The notes under the pieces: generated by a model | The model's input: the letters and a program-made list of their open reading frames with translations, nothing else | What the model was told of the DNA's origin: nothing | Database searches by the model: none | Shown here: in pieces, positions 23,715-35,413 of the stretch | Layout: the number at the start of each line of letters is the position of its first letter | Position numbering within the stretch: position 1 is the first letter of the stretch | From: Diplonema japonicum | Taxonomy: Eukaryota > Protista > Euglenozoa: Diplonemea | Direction: 5' to 3' | Assembly (NCBI GenBank): GCA_964019335.1 | Contig: OZ025712.1 | Span: 248,001-312,000, forward strand | Length of the DNA stretch: 64,000 nucleotides | Translations under genes and position numbers: made by a program

Positions 23715-23907
23715 GTGTTTTTTTTTTTTGTTTTCTTTTTTTTTTCTTTTTTTTAAAAACCACACTCACTCCCTCCCCCGCTCCCACTCTCTCTCTCTCC
23801 TTTTATGATGTTGCACAATTTTTATTATATTTTTTTTTTCCAATGCCCCGTCATAGAGAATAAAAAAGGGGGGTGGGGGAAAAAACACACTTTTTTTTTT
23901 CTGTTTC

Positions 23908-23942
<35 letters not shown>

Positions 23943-24013
23943 CCCCCTTCTTGAAACACCCTCCCCGTGTAACTCGCGCAAAAAAAAAAAAAAAAAAAGA
24001 AAAAAAAAATTCC

Positions 24014-24409
24014 TCATCCCTGCTGGCTGTAAGTAATGGTATACCCAGTCGTGGACTTGGGCAGGTGTAAATTCCCAGGAGAAATATCGAATCCCTGGTT
24101 GGTGGGAAGTGTGAAGTGGTACCCCGACATGCTGCTCCCGTTTGAAGTGTTTCCACCAATCGATGCAGAAGGCCGCTGTCTGTGGTGGTGGTGGTGATGC
24201 CGTCTATGCCCATAATGGTGATGATGATGATGCCGCCTCCCCGCCAAACCAATATCTTGAGCTGGTTTAACAACAGAAACTGAAGCCCCCGCAGGTATTG
24301 TGGCGGCAATGGGTGCGGCTGGAACCGCCGCAACAGGTGGGCCTATAGCCGCCATTGGTCCTTCCACCCCCCCACTTCTGTTATATAAAAAAAAAAAAAA
24401 AATGCAAGG

Positions 24410-24441
<32 letters not shown>

Positions 24442-27400
24442 ACTCGGTATTTGTCGGGGTGAACCCCATTACATTGAAACTCAGGTGCCGCTTGACAGCG
24501 CTTCTCCTGGACTTATCGACGTCGAGCCACGGCGACACCGTTATCTTCTCAAAAGGTCCATAAGGCGTTCCATCTACAAGAACGCAGAAAGGCCTGCCCT
24601 CCTCCTTTGAAGAGACAGAAAGCTGTCCCAGTATACTGTAGTGTGCACCCTCACCCCCTTTGTTCCACGGGGCTGACATGGCCTTCTTTCTATCCTTGTG
24701 GCCAAGAATGTATACTTGAATGGCCGGCTCCGTTGGGTCAGGGTAAAGACCCTGGTCGCCTTCCTTCCCCACGTTCCGCATAGATATCTTATGAATAAAC
24801 ATATCCTTGCCAGGACGCAGGTCGGGGTAGTCCTGCCCGCCTGATAGAGCAATATTCTGTATCTCAACAGCTTGCGGTTCTTCTGTCACAACGGTGAGAC
24901 GCCGTGTGGGGGCAGCCTGTGTGTGTTTTTTTTTTTTTTTTTTTTTTTTTAATATTATTATTATTATTATCATCCCCATACCCCTTCTCCTTTGTTAATT
25001 CGATGCTGTGGGGCTAAGATACCCAATTTGTATGAGTTCGACTCTTTGAACCCAAGCGAAGGCGACGGCAGCCCGTGCAACGAGGCGTTAGCCTTCCCAA
25101 CGTTCGTGGAAGGCGCGATAATCTGGAAGTCGACCATCGAATTGCACACACGAATGGCATCCGCATGCGAAAGCTGGTACGACTCAGAAAGCCAGCTCGC
25201 AATAGCCTCACCCGATGCTGTTTTTGAGTAGTCGAGGTTGTCGGTGGCTTGAAACGCAGGTGCTTCTCGAAGCGCGTTGTAAAGCTCCTCCATAGTGAGT
25301 GACTGCCCGGGCGAGAGGTCCACCCTTGGCGCAGGGAGTATGTTCGACCCTGTTCGCGTTCGACCCAAAACAGAATTCCCGCGCATGCTGCGATGCGGTG
25401 ATATCCCAGGCCGTAGGCTCCGATCAGCCACAGATACCGGCGATGTTAAAAACTCATCGTTCCGTTGATCGAATGAAGTTGTCATCGGTGAAGGGGGTAG
25501 ATATAACGATGCGGCTTTTGTTGGTTCGGAAAACCCGGCACCGCCGGCTCTTGGTGCGTCGCTTGCTGGGCCGAACTCGACTTGTTGACACCAAGCGATG
25601 GTCAGGTCGCATGCGTTGCCCGGAGCACCCTTCCCTTTCCACGCTTCGAGTTTGTAAACATACACCTTTGAGGCCTTATCAGCATCGACAAGATACGTGT
25701 TGAGCGCAGACCGCAACATTCCGGATTCTAATGTTTCCGGGTTGCTGCTTTTCCAGTGTGATGTTAGCATTTGGTCGAAATCGAAGTCTGATAGCCTGCT
25801 TAGATTGTCGTCCATTGCTGCTTGTTGCAATGGCCACGAGATGAGTTGTTGGTACACGGCGTCTTGCTTTTCCAGCCAGCCGCATAGTAGATTTTCGCCG
25901 CCTAAAGGTAGCGGGAACACCTTGAATATTGGTAATTTGTGAAGAGCGCCCCCAGATGACAGCTTGGCCAACCCGTTGCAAAAGTGGTGAACGGTGCCCG
26001 ACCCTCCCCCAAGGACCAGTTTCAAATCGAATGGTTCCAACTGCGGTGTCGTATCCCCCCAGTAGTCCTCTTCCTCTTTGTAGTACCGCTGTTCTTCTCT
26101 TATCAAGGACACTAGTAGAGACGCCCATTCAGTTCCTGGTTCGTCGATGTCTATCTTTGCAGAAAGCATTTTCGGGATAACATGGAGAGCTGGGTCTACA
26201 GGAGATGGGATGTGAAGATGCAACATTTCTTCATGGCTTTTGTGTCCACTTTGGTCCACCATTTGCCGGTAGAGTTTTAGAAGCGATTCGTACAAGGAAG
26301 GTACTACTTTGAGACCCTTTCCAGCGCCTTCGCTGAATGTCATGAGGTGTCCGACTCCTCCTATTGGACCCCTCATGAGACGGAAGAGTTCTGGATAGTA
26401 CTGTGCTACTACGGAAGGGGGCAACTGTCTGAGGTTGTTTATCATATCGGAGTGTCCTAGGAAACCCTCGTCGAGTTTTTTAGATTCTTCGTGTCGCGCG
26501 ATTTTCAGTAGGATGTTGAGGCAGAGCGACGATGGCGCGAGAACATCGTCCGTCCAGTTGTTGTTGTCCATCTGCGCGGTGATCCGCGGGTCCGCCTCAC
26601 TTTTCTTCATCGCTCGGGGGATGAACCCAAGATACACCTTGCAAAGTACTTTGCATCGTTGTGCATGGGGGTTACACAATAAAAAAGCCCGTTCTCTTTT
26701 AAATGACGCCATCTCACCACCGCCAACGAAACATTTCGAAAGCCTGTGCCGAAGAAGACAGTCCATGCACTGCACAGCGGCTGCCGCTGCACGCATTATG
26801 TCGACCGCTAAAAGCCCGGTTCGGTTTGGGTAGATTTGCAACAGTCTCACAGATTCTATCAGTTCTCCCCATGCGCGGGGGCCGTCGTCTCCGTGACAGC
26901 TTATGCGTGCGAGCAGGATTCGTATCAACCCTAGAAGAGTTGGGAGCGGTCTCTTCAAAGCAGTGATTTTGTCGCGTAGTGCGGCCACGCTTTGGCTGTG
27001 TTTTAACTTGCGGTCCTTGTCGTCCTCTCTCTTGCTGTTTCCCTCCACGAGCATTTTTGGGGCTTGGAGGAGATCTCCGGGGATTTTTCTGACGACGTCG
27101 ATTACCTTCGCGCCCATACCCCTTTCGGAGCTTTTTGCTTCGGCAGCGGCTTTCTTTTCTATAAGAGCGGTTTGCTCGCGATCACGCGAGATCGCTTCCA
27201 AATCCTCGATTTTCTTCTCCAGGATGTCGATTTTTGTCAGCTGGAGACGCAGCGCGACAGTGAATGCCCCGCAGATATTCTGCCCGGCTTTGTGGTTGTT
27301 CGAATGAGTAAGCTGTGTCAACGATGTGAATATGGGAAGCCATGCGTTTTGAACGGCTTGAGGAACGCCAAGTGCGGCGGACCTGGATACCTTACCTGGA

Positions 27401-28418
27401 AGGAAATTGTCGGTTTCGACAAGCAGAGACCCCGTGGACACCATCAGAAACCGCAGGTATTTGGACACATAAACCGGTCCCTTCTCCCCGCAAACCAATG
27501 TGGACAGAACCTCAGAAGGGGAGATCAAGAACATCTGTGTGCAGAGCTGGTTGCAAACATGGTACATGTTGTCGTCCCGGAAGTTGTACTTGCAAAAACA
27601 CGATGTAAGAAGCAGGATTTGTAAAAGCTGCCGCCTCGTCATGGCCAATCCTTCGTTTAAGAAGGACGCTTTGGAGCGTTCTCCGATTCGCTCCACGGCT
27701 TCGCCGCCCATTTCTGTTAAAGACCGCTGGCCGTGCCCACCGGAACACTCGTCGTTCCACATTGTTTGGTTTCGATCGGCTTTTCTGTTATTACGGCACC
27801 GTTGTTGTTCGTATTCTAGAAGGGTGGAGTAGACACGTCCGTTTTTGACCTCTTGTTTGGTCATCTCGATCATCTCCAAGCGAGCGATGTTCAGGACGAT
27901 GAAGGCTGTGACGTACTCAGGGTCCGACTCCAGCGTGCTGTGCATTTTTTTGTAGCACGCGACAAGGTGATCTTTGCTCTCGTCGAAATCGTTGTCCAGC
28001 GTGTGAACGAAATTTTTAATTCTCGAGCTTTCCCAGTCGACCTGCACCATGCACTTCCTCGATTCTAATTCCGTAGCCGACATCCCGATCGACCACAACG
28101 GGGCGAAGAGATGCGACACCACCAACGATGCCATTTGTGTCACGCCCATTTGCGTTACATCTAAAGATTCTTTTGCCTATTTTTTTTTTTTTGTAGAGGG
28201 AAGGGGGGGTTTTTTTTTAAATTATTATATACCCTTCTTTCGGCTTGTGTCTGCCTTCCTCTCTTCATTTTGTCGTGCTTGTTTTTCTTGGTTCCGTGGG
28301 CGGGGGCTCTGTTATGGGGGGGAGAGGAATTTTTTTTCAAGAAGGGGTTTACAGGGGTTACATACAAGGTTACGGAAGGTGTGGCATCCAGAAACACTCC
28401 CGACGTTGTTCTCTTCAT
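24014..28418 (-). CDS. large protein with a p101(PIK3R5)/PACS-like region, a DEP-like domain and a His-rich tail
   Basis: 1059-aa core ORF extended by in-frame introns 28309-28365, 28177-28232, 24917-24981 and a weaker one at 24378-24443. Motif resemblance judged by eye (see findings). Confidence 0.7.
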
Positions 28419-28602
28419 GGCGTTCACTTTGCTGCTTTATGGCCGTTGGCCACAATGTGCATAAAAAGGTATTGGTGTGTGTATTCTGCCCTGTGTACTA
28501 AATGGAAGAACTTTTTTTTATCTCCCCTTGCGAAACGTTAGAAAAAAGGGGGAAGAAAGACTCTTTTACTGATTTTTTTCTTCTTCTTCTCTCTTTTTCT
28601 CT

Positions 28603-29192
28603 TCACTCTGTGGCAACATTCTCCATTCCCGGAAGGGCCGTGAGTTCTTCGGGTGTAAGGTATTCCCGGTAGTTGCACAATAGCTGATTGATTTTTTTTT
28701 TTTTGAAAAAAAAAAAAATAATACCTCCTCCCCTTTGTTCACAGCCTTGATCGTCTGTATCTTCATATTGCACCCCAAATCAGGCTCAGTTGAAGTGATA
28801 AAGGTAACGTTGGGCTCGGAGCTGTGATTCACGAAGTGGGCGAGGCCCACAAACGTGTTCACGCCAAAAGTACTGATATCGAACCGTCCCTCGGTGCACA
28901 CGTACATCTCTCGAAGGTAATTTTTCACATCTTCGTTCACATCTTGCAGCTCGTCAATGTGCACCGACTCGGTGTCGACCTCCTTACGCATGAAAGGTGG
29001 CATCATCTCCACAGGAACTCGGTCCACCACTTTGTTCTTCGGGATATCCCTCAACGCTATCACGCCCACCCCGTGCAGCTTGCTAGGGCCTATCCTACAC
29101 CACACATCCCTCGCAATGTGCTTTATCATCCCTCGGTGCTGCTCCTCCTCGGGAGTTAATGTGTGTTTTCGCTTTTTCCCAGCTGTGGACAT
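28603..29192 (-). CDS. small SET-domain protein
   Basis: SKLHGVGVIALRDI, FVNHSSEPN and KAVNKGEE|LLCNY after intron 28684-28724. Confidence 0.88.
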
Positions 29193-29313
29193 TCCACACA
29201 CAACACCCTTTTCCTTCTTAGATTTTTTTTTTTTTTTTTTTTTTCCCACGCAAACAAAAAGAATTTAAAAAAAAAAAAGGGAAAAAAAAAAAAAAAAAAA
29301 AAAAAAAACACGA

Positions 29314-30243
29314 TCAATCCAGATAAGTAAGTCCCAGCATTGAACGTATCTGCTCGTAAATATAAAATGTTGCGACTGATGTGGGGGCCATTCTGAGGAA
29401 CATTGGGGACCACCCCCTCATGAACACTGCGAGACCATGGGTCTGGGAAAGCGATCGAACCGTGAAAAGAGGTGTCGGGTGGGGTGACGAGGTGAGAAGC
29501 GACGACTGATAGGCCACCAGGATGTTGTCGAGAGGCATGACAGCTGTTGTAAGACACAACGCGGAGAAAAACGAGGATATGGAGTGAACAACAGGCCCGT
29601 CTTCCATCTCTGCACGCGTGGTAAGCAGCGTCTTTGAAGTGTCGTAAGCGGAAAGCTGTGTCCCGGACAACGTTGCACCCCTCACAGAGAACAGAGCAGC
29701 GCCCTTCCACAACCCTCTGAGACCAGATTTGTTGAAAATTTTTCCAATGGCATCAAAACCAGATGAGTATGAAGGGGGTTGTCCCTTTCCGGATCCTGTT
29801 AGAAGTACACCATCAGTGCCTTTAATCCCTGCTTGTGAGTGCATTTGTGTTTTGATCATGAACAATGGGCTCGCCATGAAGTACCCACACATCCCACTTC
29901 CTAGTCCCGATGCCAGCATTTTCAATGGGCTTAGTTTTTCCTCGTCCTTTGCTCCTATGTAGTCCCTGATGTACGGGTACAGTCCTATACGGGTCCCCAT
30001 GGAAACGGTGCACCCGCAGATGTTGGTGAGGAGGGCGTGTTTCCACAGCCCCGACCACAGGCCTTCATTCTTCGCGATTTGCTTAAAGAAGGTGCTCATC
30101 GTGCCGGAATGGTTGGTCTTGACCTCGACCTGCCACCTTGTCTTCAGGCAGTCCAACCAGTTTGTACCAAGCATGGTGACGCCACCTGTCACAGCGGAGG
30201 CGATGAAATTTTTCTTTAACTCGGAACGGCTTTTGGTCGTCAT
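29314..30243 (-). CDS. mitochondrial carrier (SLC25; OAC1/SLC25A34-35-like)
   Basis: Three carrier repeats: WLDCLKTRWQ, PLFMIKTQMH, GLRGLWKGA, FMRGWSPMFLRMAP. Confidence 0.9.
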   Translation of the reverse strand: MTTKSRSELKKNFIASAVTGGVTMLGTNWLDCLKTRWQVEVKTNHSGTMSTFFKQIAKNEGLWSGLWKHALLTNICGCTVSMGTRIGLYPYIRDYIGAKDEEKLSPLKMLASGLGSGMCGYFMASPLFMIKTQMHSQAGIKGTDGVLLTGSGKGQPPSYSSGFDAIGKIFNKSGLRGLWKGAALFSVRGATLSGTQLSAYDTSKTLLTTRAEMEDGPVVHSISSFFSALCLTTAVMPLDNILVAYQSSLLTSSPHPTPLFTVRSLSQTHGLAVFMRGWSPMFLRMAPTSVATFYIYEQIRSMLGLTYLD

Positions 30244-30429
30244 TTTCTTTCCCTCCCCCCTCCCCCTCCTCTTCCTTTTTCTTTTTTATATAATTCTTCT
30301 GCGGGTTCTTACAAGAAAAAGAAGAAGAAAAATAGAAAACAATTGCAGGTGGGGGGGGGGGGGGGGCTTTTTCCCCCGTCAATGATGGCATTCACCATAT
30401 TATTTATTTTCAATTTCTTTTTTTACCCC

Positions 30430-31193
30430 TCACGCCCCGACATCTTCCACGTTTTTCGCCACCTGTGGTTTCGATTTTCGCCCCTCCCCTCCCTCCCCTG
30501 TTACAAACCTCTTTGAGTATCTGTTCAGTGCTGAGCTTGCACCCTCCCATTGTGATATTTTCAATCGATTTCGACACCGTTGTCCACAGCTCACCGTGAG
30601 TAGGTGCAGCTTTGGTGCATGCGGTGAGTACAGTGACACGTTGTTCGTCAGTACCGTGGTTCACCTCAAAGCGGTAGTACAGAGCCCACGCGTCGCCAAG
30701 ATCCTTGCGAAGGGAGACTGCCCGGTGGAACCACTTCCTTGCCGTGTCCAGTTTCCGTTCCGCCCAGAATATCTTGGCAACGCAGGAGATGACAAGCGCG
30801 TCCTTGTCGCATTTTCGCAACGCCTGGACCCCCTTAGCCCGTCGTGAGGCTTCGGGTTCAATTGATATTGCCTCCACCCATACTTTCCCACTGGCAGGGC
30901 ATTCTTGTAGCGCTTTTGACAGGTTCTGCATCGCCATGCTCGTCCGCTTGTCCCTGAGTTCCAGGCGGATGGTCGCCACCCACAGGTCTTCGTTTCTCGG
31001 CAGCCTGCTGCGAGCTTTTTCCAACACTGACCGTGCCTTGACAACATCCTTGCAGACCACTTCTTCCAGCCTGCTCGCTGTAATCCACAACAGCACACTG
31101 TCCGGGTTCCCCTTGATCGCCGCCGCGTACAGAGCTTTGATGGTGTCGCGTGATTTTTTGACTTCTGCCGGCGTGAGGTTCTGTGGGTGGCGG

Positions 31194-31234
<41 letters not shown>

Positions 31235-34200
31235 CCCCCACTCTTCGTCATTTTCTTCACTCACTAGGGGCCTCATAATTTAACGCGAAACGGTCATAAT
31301 TTAACGCAAAATCGCCATAATTTAACTACTGTAAAACGAAAAACTTCCGGACGGAAAAATGTCCGAGTTTTTTTAGCGTCCGGGAATTTTTCCGTCCGGG
31401 AATTTTTTTTAGGTAAGGCCGTCAGGGGGCCTGGTCCACTACCACCTACATACTGGCCTGGGCTGCAAACGGCAACCGCGCGAAGAAACCCCCAGGGTTC
31501 CGTTTCTGCATCTTCGTCTTCCCTTGCTGCCCCTGAGGCAATCAGCTTGTCGAGCCTTCATCGTGTGGCCTACTACCTTTCTTAATAGATGCTTTACAGC
31601 TGCGTTCAACCCAATATCCATCGGTTGAACCATGTAGGTGAGCCCAGGGGGACAAAAGCAATGTGCACGTTTGCGCCTGCGAACAACTCTACGAACCCAT
31701 AGGCATAGGTCGTGTGAGAGGTGTGGTCGCCGACAAGCAGCAGAATTCGGCAAAACCATGGGACTCGATGATTTATAGCAAAAGGAAGAAACAGCTCTGT
31801 AACCCAGATACCGAGTATCATAATTAGCCCAATGATTGGGCGATGCCGTTAGGCTCCATTCGATGGGCGGGTGCTTGACCTGGGCACGGATAATCCCTGC
31901 CGGTTGCGTTTCCGCTTTGCCTTTGTATTTAAGTTGCGGTGCAACCCATCCAGCCAAGGAAACAGCCAGCTGTTCAGTTATAGCCCGTTTTGTCCCCCAA
32001 GCCACGGACTCTTAAGACCTTAGCACCCCTTTTCGTTTTAGTTTTTAACCCCGTATTCCAGACCAATTCCGGCCTTACTTTATGGGTGTCGATTATGGAC
32101 CTGAATTCCATGGAGAAACAGCATGCCCTCTCGTTTCCGGGCTTTGTCTTTCTTGCTGCAAAGTTTTGTGTGCCTAGCCAGTGGAAAAGGACAGTGCCCC
32201 ACCAAAGTCTACCAGGTCTGTCTTTCGGGCTGGATTGGCGCACAGCAGCCCTTCTGCATAGGTGCATATTTGTTGTGCTGGGATAGGCTCGCCAAGCCCG
32301 TTTAACCTATCGACTCAAGCAAAAACCTTTCAGCCCCCGAAGGATGCTAAATCCCGTATTGGGCGATACGCTGCTATCACGGCGTCGCGGCGGCCAGGGT
32401 GTGGTAGGGCAACACCATATTACCTTAAGAAAATCCCCAAAAAGGCTGACCTGCGTGAAAAAAAACAGCAGTGAAAGCAGTGAAGAGTGAGTGACTCAAA
32501 TGACGAAGAGTGAAATAAAACAACTTACTTGCCGCCAAATGAGCCATTATTTAACTCTCGTTACCCGTTTTTTTGCACGAGGGCCCGCAGGGCCCTCGTG
32601 CAAAAAATTCGGGAACTCGAGTTAAATAATGACTCATAATTTGTTGGCAATAAATAGTTATTTTTTTTCGTTCTCCCAATACCTTTTCTCTCAGTGCCTT
32701 CCACTCTTCCCACTGCAGCAGCATTGTCCATAGTTTGGCATCGGACGGCCATTTCTTGACGCCCTCCCCGAGGAGCTTCCGTTCGGGTTGTCGGTTATTT
32801 TGCTGTGATTTTTTTCTTCTTTTTTTAAAATGATTTTATCCGCCATACCTGTCGTTCAAGTTTTGCGCTTTTCAACCATATCCTAGGACTGGCTGCTTTC
32901 TCCCTTGCGCTCGCAAGGATCTTTGAAGCGTGGTCGAGGTGGCCGTTCTCCGCCTCGAGGGTTGCTGCCGCGACCCAGACTTGCTCGGAGTCCTCGTTGT
33001 GGGTGAAAGCACGGGTCAGCACATCACGTGCGTCTTGAATGTGCCCGTTGATCCACTTTTCCTTTGCGTGCATGAGCCAAAGGTAGTCAGCTTCGGGGCA
33101 GGCCTTGACAGCTTCTGAAAGAAGCGCGTCTGTTTCTTGAAACCCAAAGTGGTTCTTTTCCAGAAGCGCCGCTTTAAACCACAGGGATTTTTTCTTAGGA
33201 TACTGCTGCAGGGCGTAGGCGTAGATCGCCCTCGCGGTCTGGAAGGATTTGTTTGCAGCGCACGTGGTTGCATCCTGCACGAAGGTGTGCTTCCTTGTCT
33301 TCTCGTCGTCGTCCAGCCCGAAGTGGATGCTGTTGAATATGATAGCGCGGGCCACCCCTGCGTAGCCTGATTTTTCGGATTTTTCGGATTCTTTTATCCA
33401 TTGTTCGCGGGTGCAGTGTGATGGGGTCAAGGCTTTCACTGCTTTGCGGATGATCCTGTCGAGGGAGTCCTTGTTCCCGACGGATTCTTCCAGTTGAGCA
33501 GCTGCGATCCACATCACTGCCTCTGCTCTGTTTTGCTGCGATGCGGTGTTCAGGATTTTCTTTGCGTTTTGGTACGTCTCGAGCTTCGCGAGGGCCAGCC
33601 ACAGGTCCACGTTGTTGACGCACTCCACAGCACGGCGCAGCATGATCCTCGCATCGTCGGGTTTCTCCATCTCCACCGCTTCCTTCCAAAGCCGCACGGA
33701 GTTCGGGACCGCCTCCAATGCTTTGCGGAACACGATTCTTTTCTTCGCGGGTTCGGTTTCGTACCGTGCTGCCTCCGCCCACAGCTTCACAGAGTTCGGG
33801 ATTTTTGCCACAGCCTTTGCGATCACAATCTTTGCGTTTAGTGGGGTTGCAAGGTTGGCGGCTTCAACCCAAATTTCTTCCGCGTGACCGGCTTTCTCGC
33901 AGCCCTCTGCTATGATCTGTCGTGCGACGGCGAGCTTACCAGCTTGTTGTTCGACTCTTGCCCGTCCGATCCATCCTTGCGAGTTGGTGGGGTCCGACAG
34001 TGTGACGGACTTCATCACCTCGCGAGCGCGTTTGATGTTCGCGACATCAGTACTATCGACGTTTTGCTGTTGCAGTTCAGTCATAATGCCCTTGGGGTCG
34101 ACAACGGTTTGTCCTGAGACAGAGTCTGATGCGCGTTTTAAGGACATGTCGAGGACGGATCCTCGTGCGTGGCCTGCGGCGAGGAGGTCGGCTTGTCCTG

Positions 34201-34840
34201 CGGGGGTTGCCATGCCGCTTCCTTGCATTTGCTTCGCGTCAAGCGTGTTGCTGTGCCCTTCAGAGTTCATGTTTCGGAGATGATGGGAGTCCGGTACCGG
34301 CGTCCATATTTCCTGTTTCTTCTTCTTGATGCTGTAGTTCCCAACGTCCGGGATGCTGTCCCATTCGTCGTGCGACATCTGTGCGAGGGCCGCCTTGTTG
34401 TCTGCGAACTGCGTGTTCAGTTTTGGATTGTCCTTGCGGTGTTTTTTGAGAATCTCGACTTCTCGTTCTTCGCGGCGTCGTTTTCTCCTTTCGTCCATGT
34501 GGGTGTCCACCATTCGGTAGACCTTGTCGGCTGCCTTGTCTTCGTCTGTCCATTCTTGATTCTTGAATAAGTTGCTGTTGGTGAAACCTTCAAATTCGTC
34601 ATAGTGTGTGTCGTTGTAGTCCCCTTTGTCGCCGTCGGTAGGCGGTTTTGGTGCTGCGGGGGGAGCAGGTGCTCCTGGTGCGGCGTCGTCTCGCACAGTC
34701 CCGTGCCCGCTTGTTGAGGGTCCAATGTCAGATCTCGTTGTGAATCCCGAAGCACCTCTTCCTATCCCTGCTACATACCCAGGGGGCGGTGGCTGTTCTA
34801 GCCGGGCTCGGAGCTTGGCGTAGTTGCTTAGCTGCGCCAT
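30430..34840 (-). CDS. PRP6: pre-mRNA splicing factor PRP6 (U5-102K); exons 32849-34840, 32683-32802, 30509-31180, 30430-30462
   Basis: PPPGYVAGIGRGASGFTTRSDIGP N-terminus, DSVSGQTVVDPKG, HAT repeats, DLGDAWA...HGELW. The hidden 120-nt exon (QNNRQ...KLWTMLLQWEE) fills the expected gap. Confidence 0.95.
31239..32512 (-). mobile_element. degenerate pogo/Tigger-like (DDE_1) transposon remnant in the PRP6 intron
   Basis: Frameshifted motifs RPELVWN, KYKGK, PNHWAN, LLLVGDHTSH and PPGLTYMVQPMDIGLNAAVK. 24/27-bp inverted repeat at 31239-31265 / 32486-32512. No TSD seen. Confidence 0.75.
32522..32659. repeat. about 140-bp imperfect palindrome with a GGGCCC-GCA-GGGCCC centre
   Basis: Arms ...cattatttaactc...tttttgcacgagggccc / gggccctcgtgcaaaaa...gagttaaataatg... 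Confidence 0.85.
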
Positions 34841-34959
34841 TTTTTTTTTTTTTTTTTACCCCCGGGGCTTTGTTGAGGTGTTTTTTTTTTTTTTTTCCCA
34901 AAAAAATTCCATGGGAGAATACACTTTTTTTAGACGTTGTCTGCCGAAGTTACATATTT

Positions 34960-34992
<33 letters not shown>

Positions 34993-35413
34993 CCGTATCC
35001 GCGTTACGTTTTCTTACCTTTTTTTGTTTTGTTTTGTTTTTGTTTTTTTTTTTTCTTTCTGGTGTACCTCAATGTAATGGTGGAACACTACCAACCCCAG
35101 TGCTATGTAGGCTGCAAGGTTGACCAGTGGACGGAGATTCTCGTCGTCAATCATATTATTATTATATTATTGTTGTGTGTTATGTTCCCTCTCCTCTCTC
35201 CCTCCCACTTTTTTTTTTTTTTTCAAAATTTCCGAGACTATTATAAAAAAAAAAATCTTTTTTTTTTTTACCCTACCCACTTTCCCCTTTCGTTTCAGGA
35301 GGGAGGGGGGGGGAACCACAAAAAAAAAAGAAAAAAAAAAACAAAAGATTTTTTTTATGAACAAAAAACAAAAAAAAATATATAACACAACCTATTTTTT
35401 TTTTTCCCCCCTC

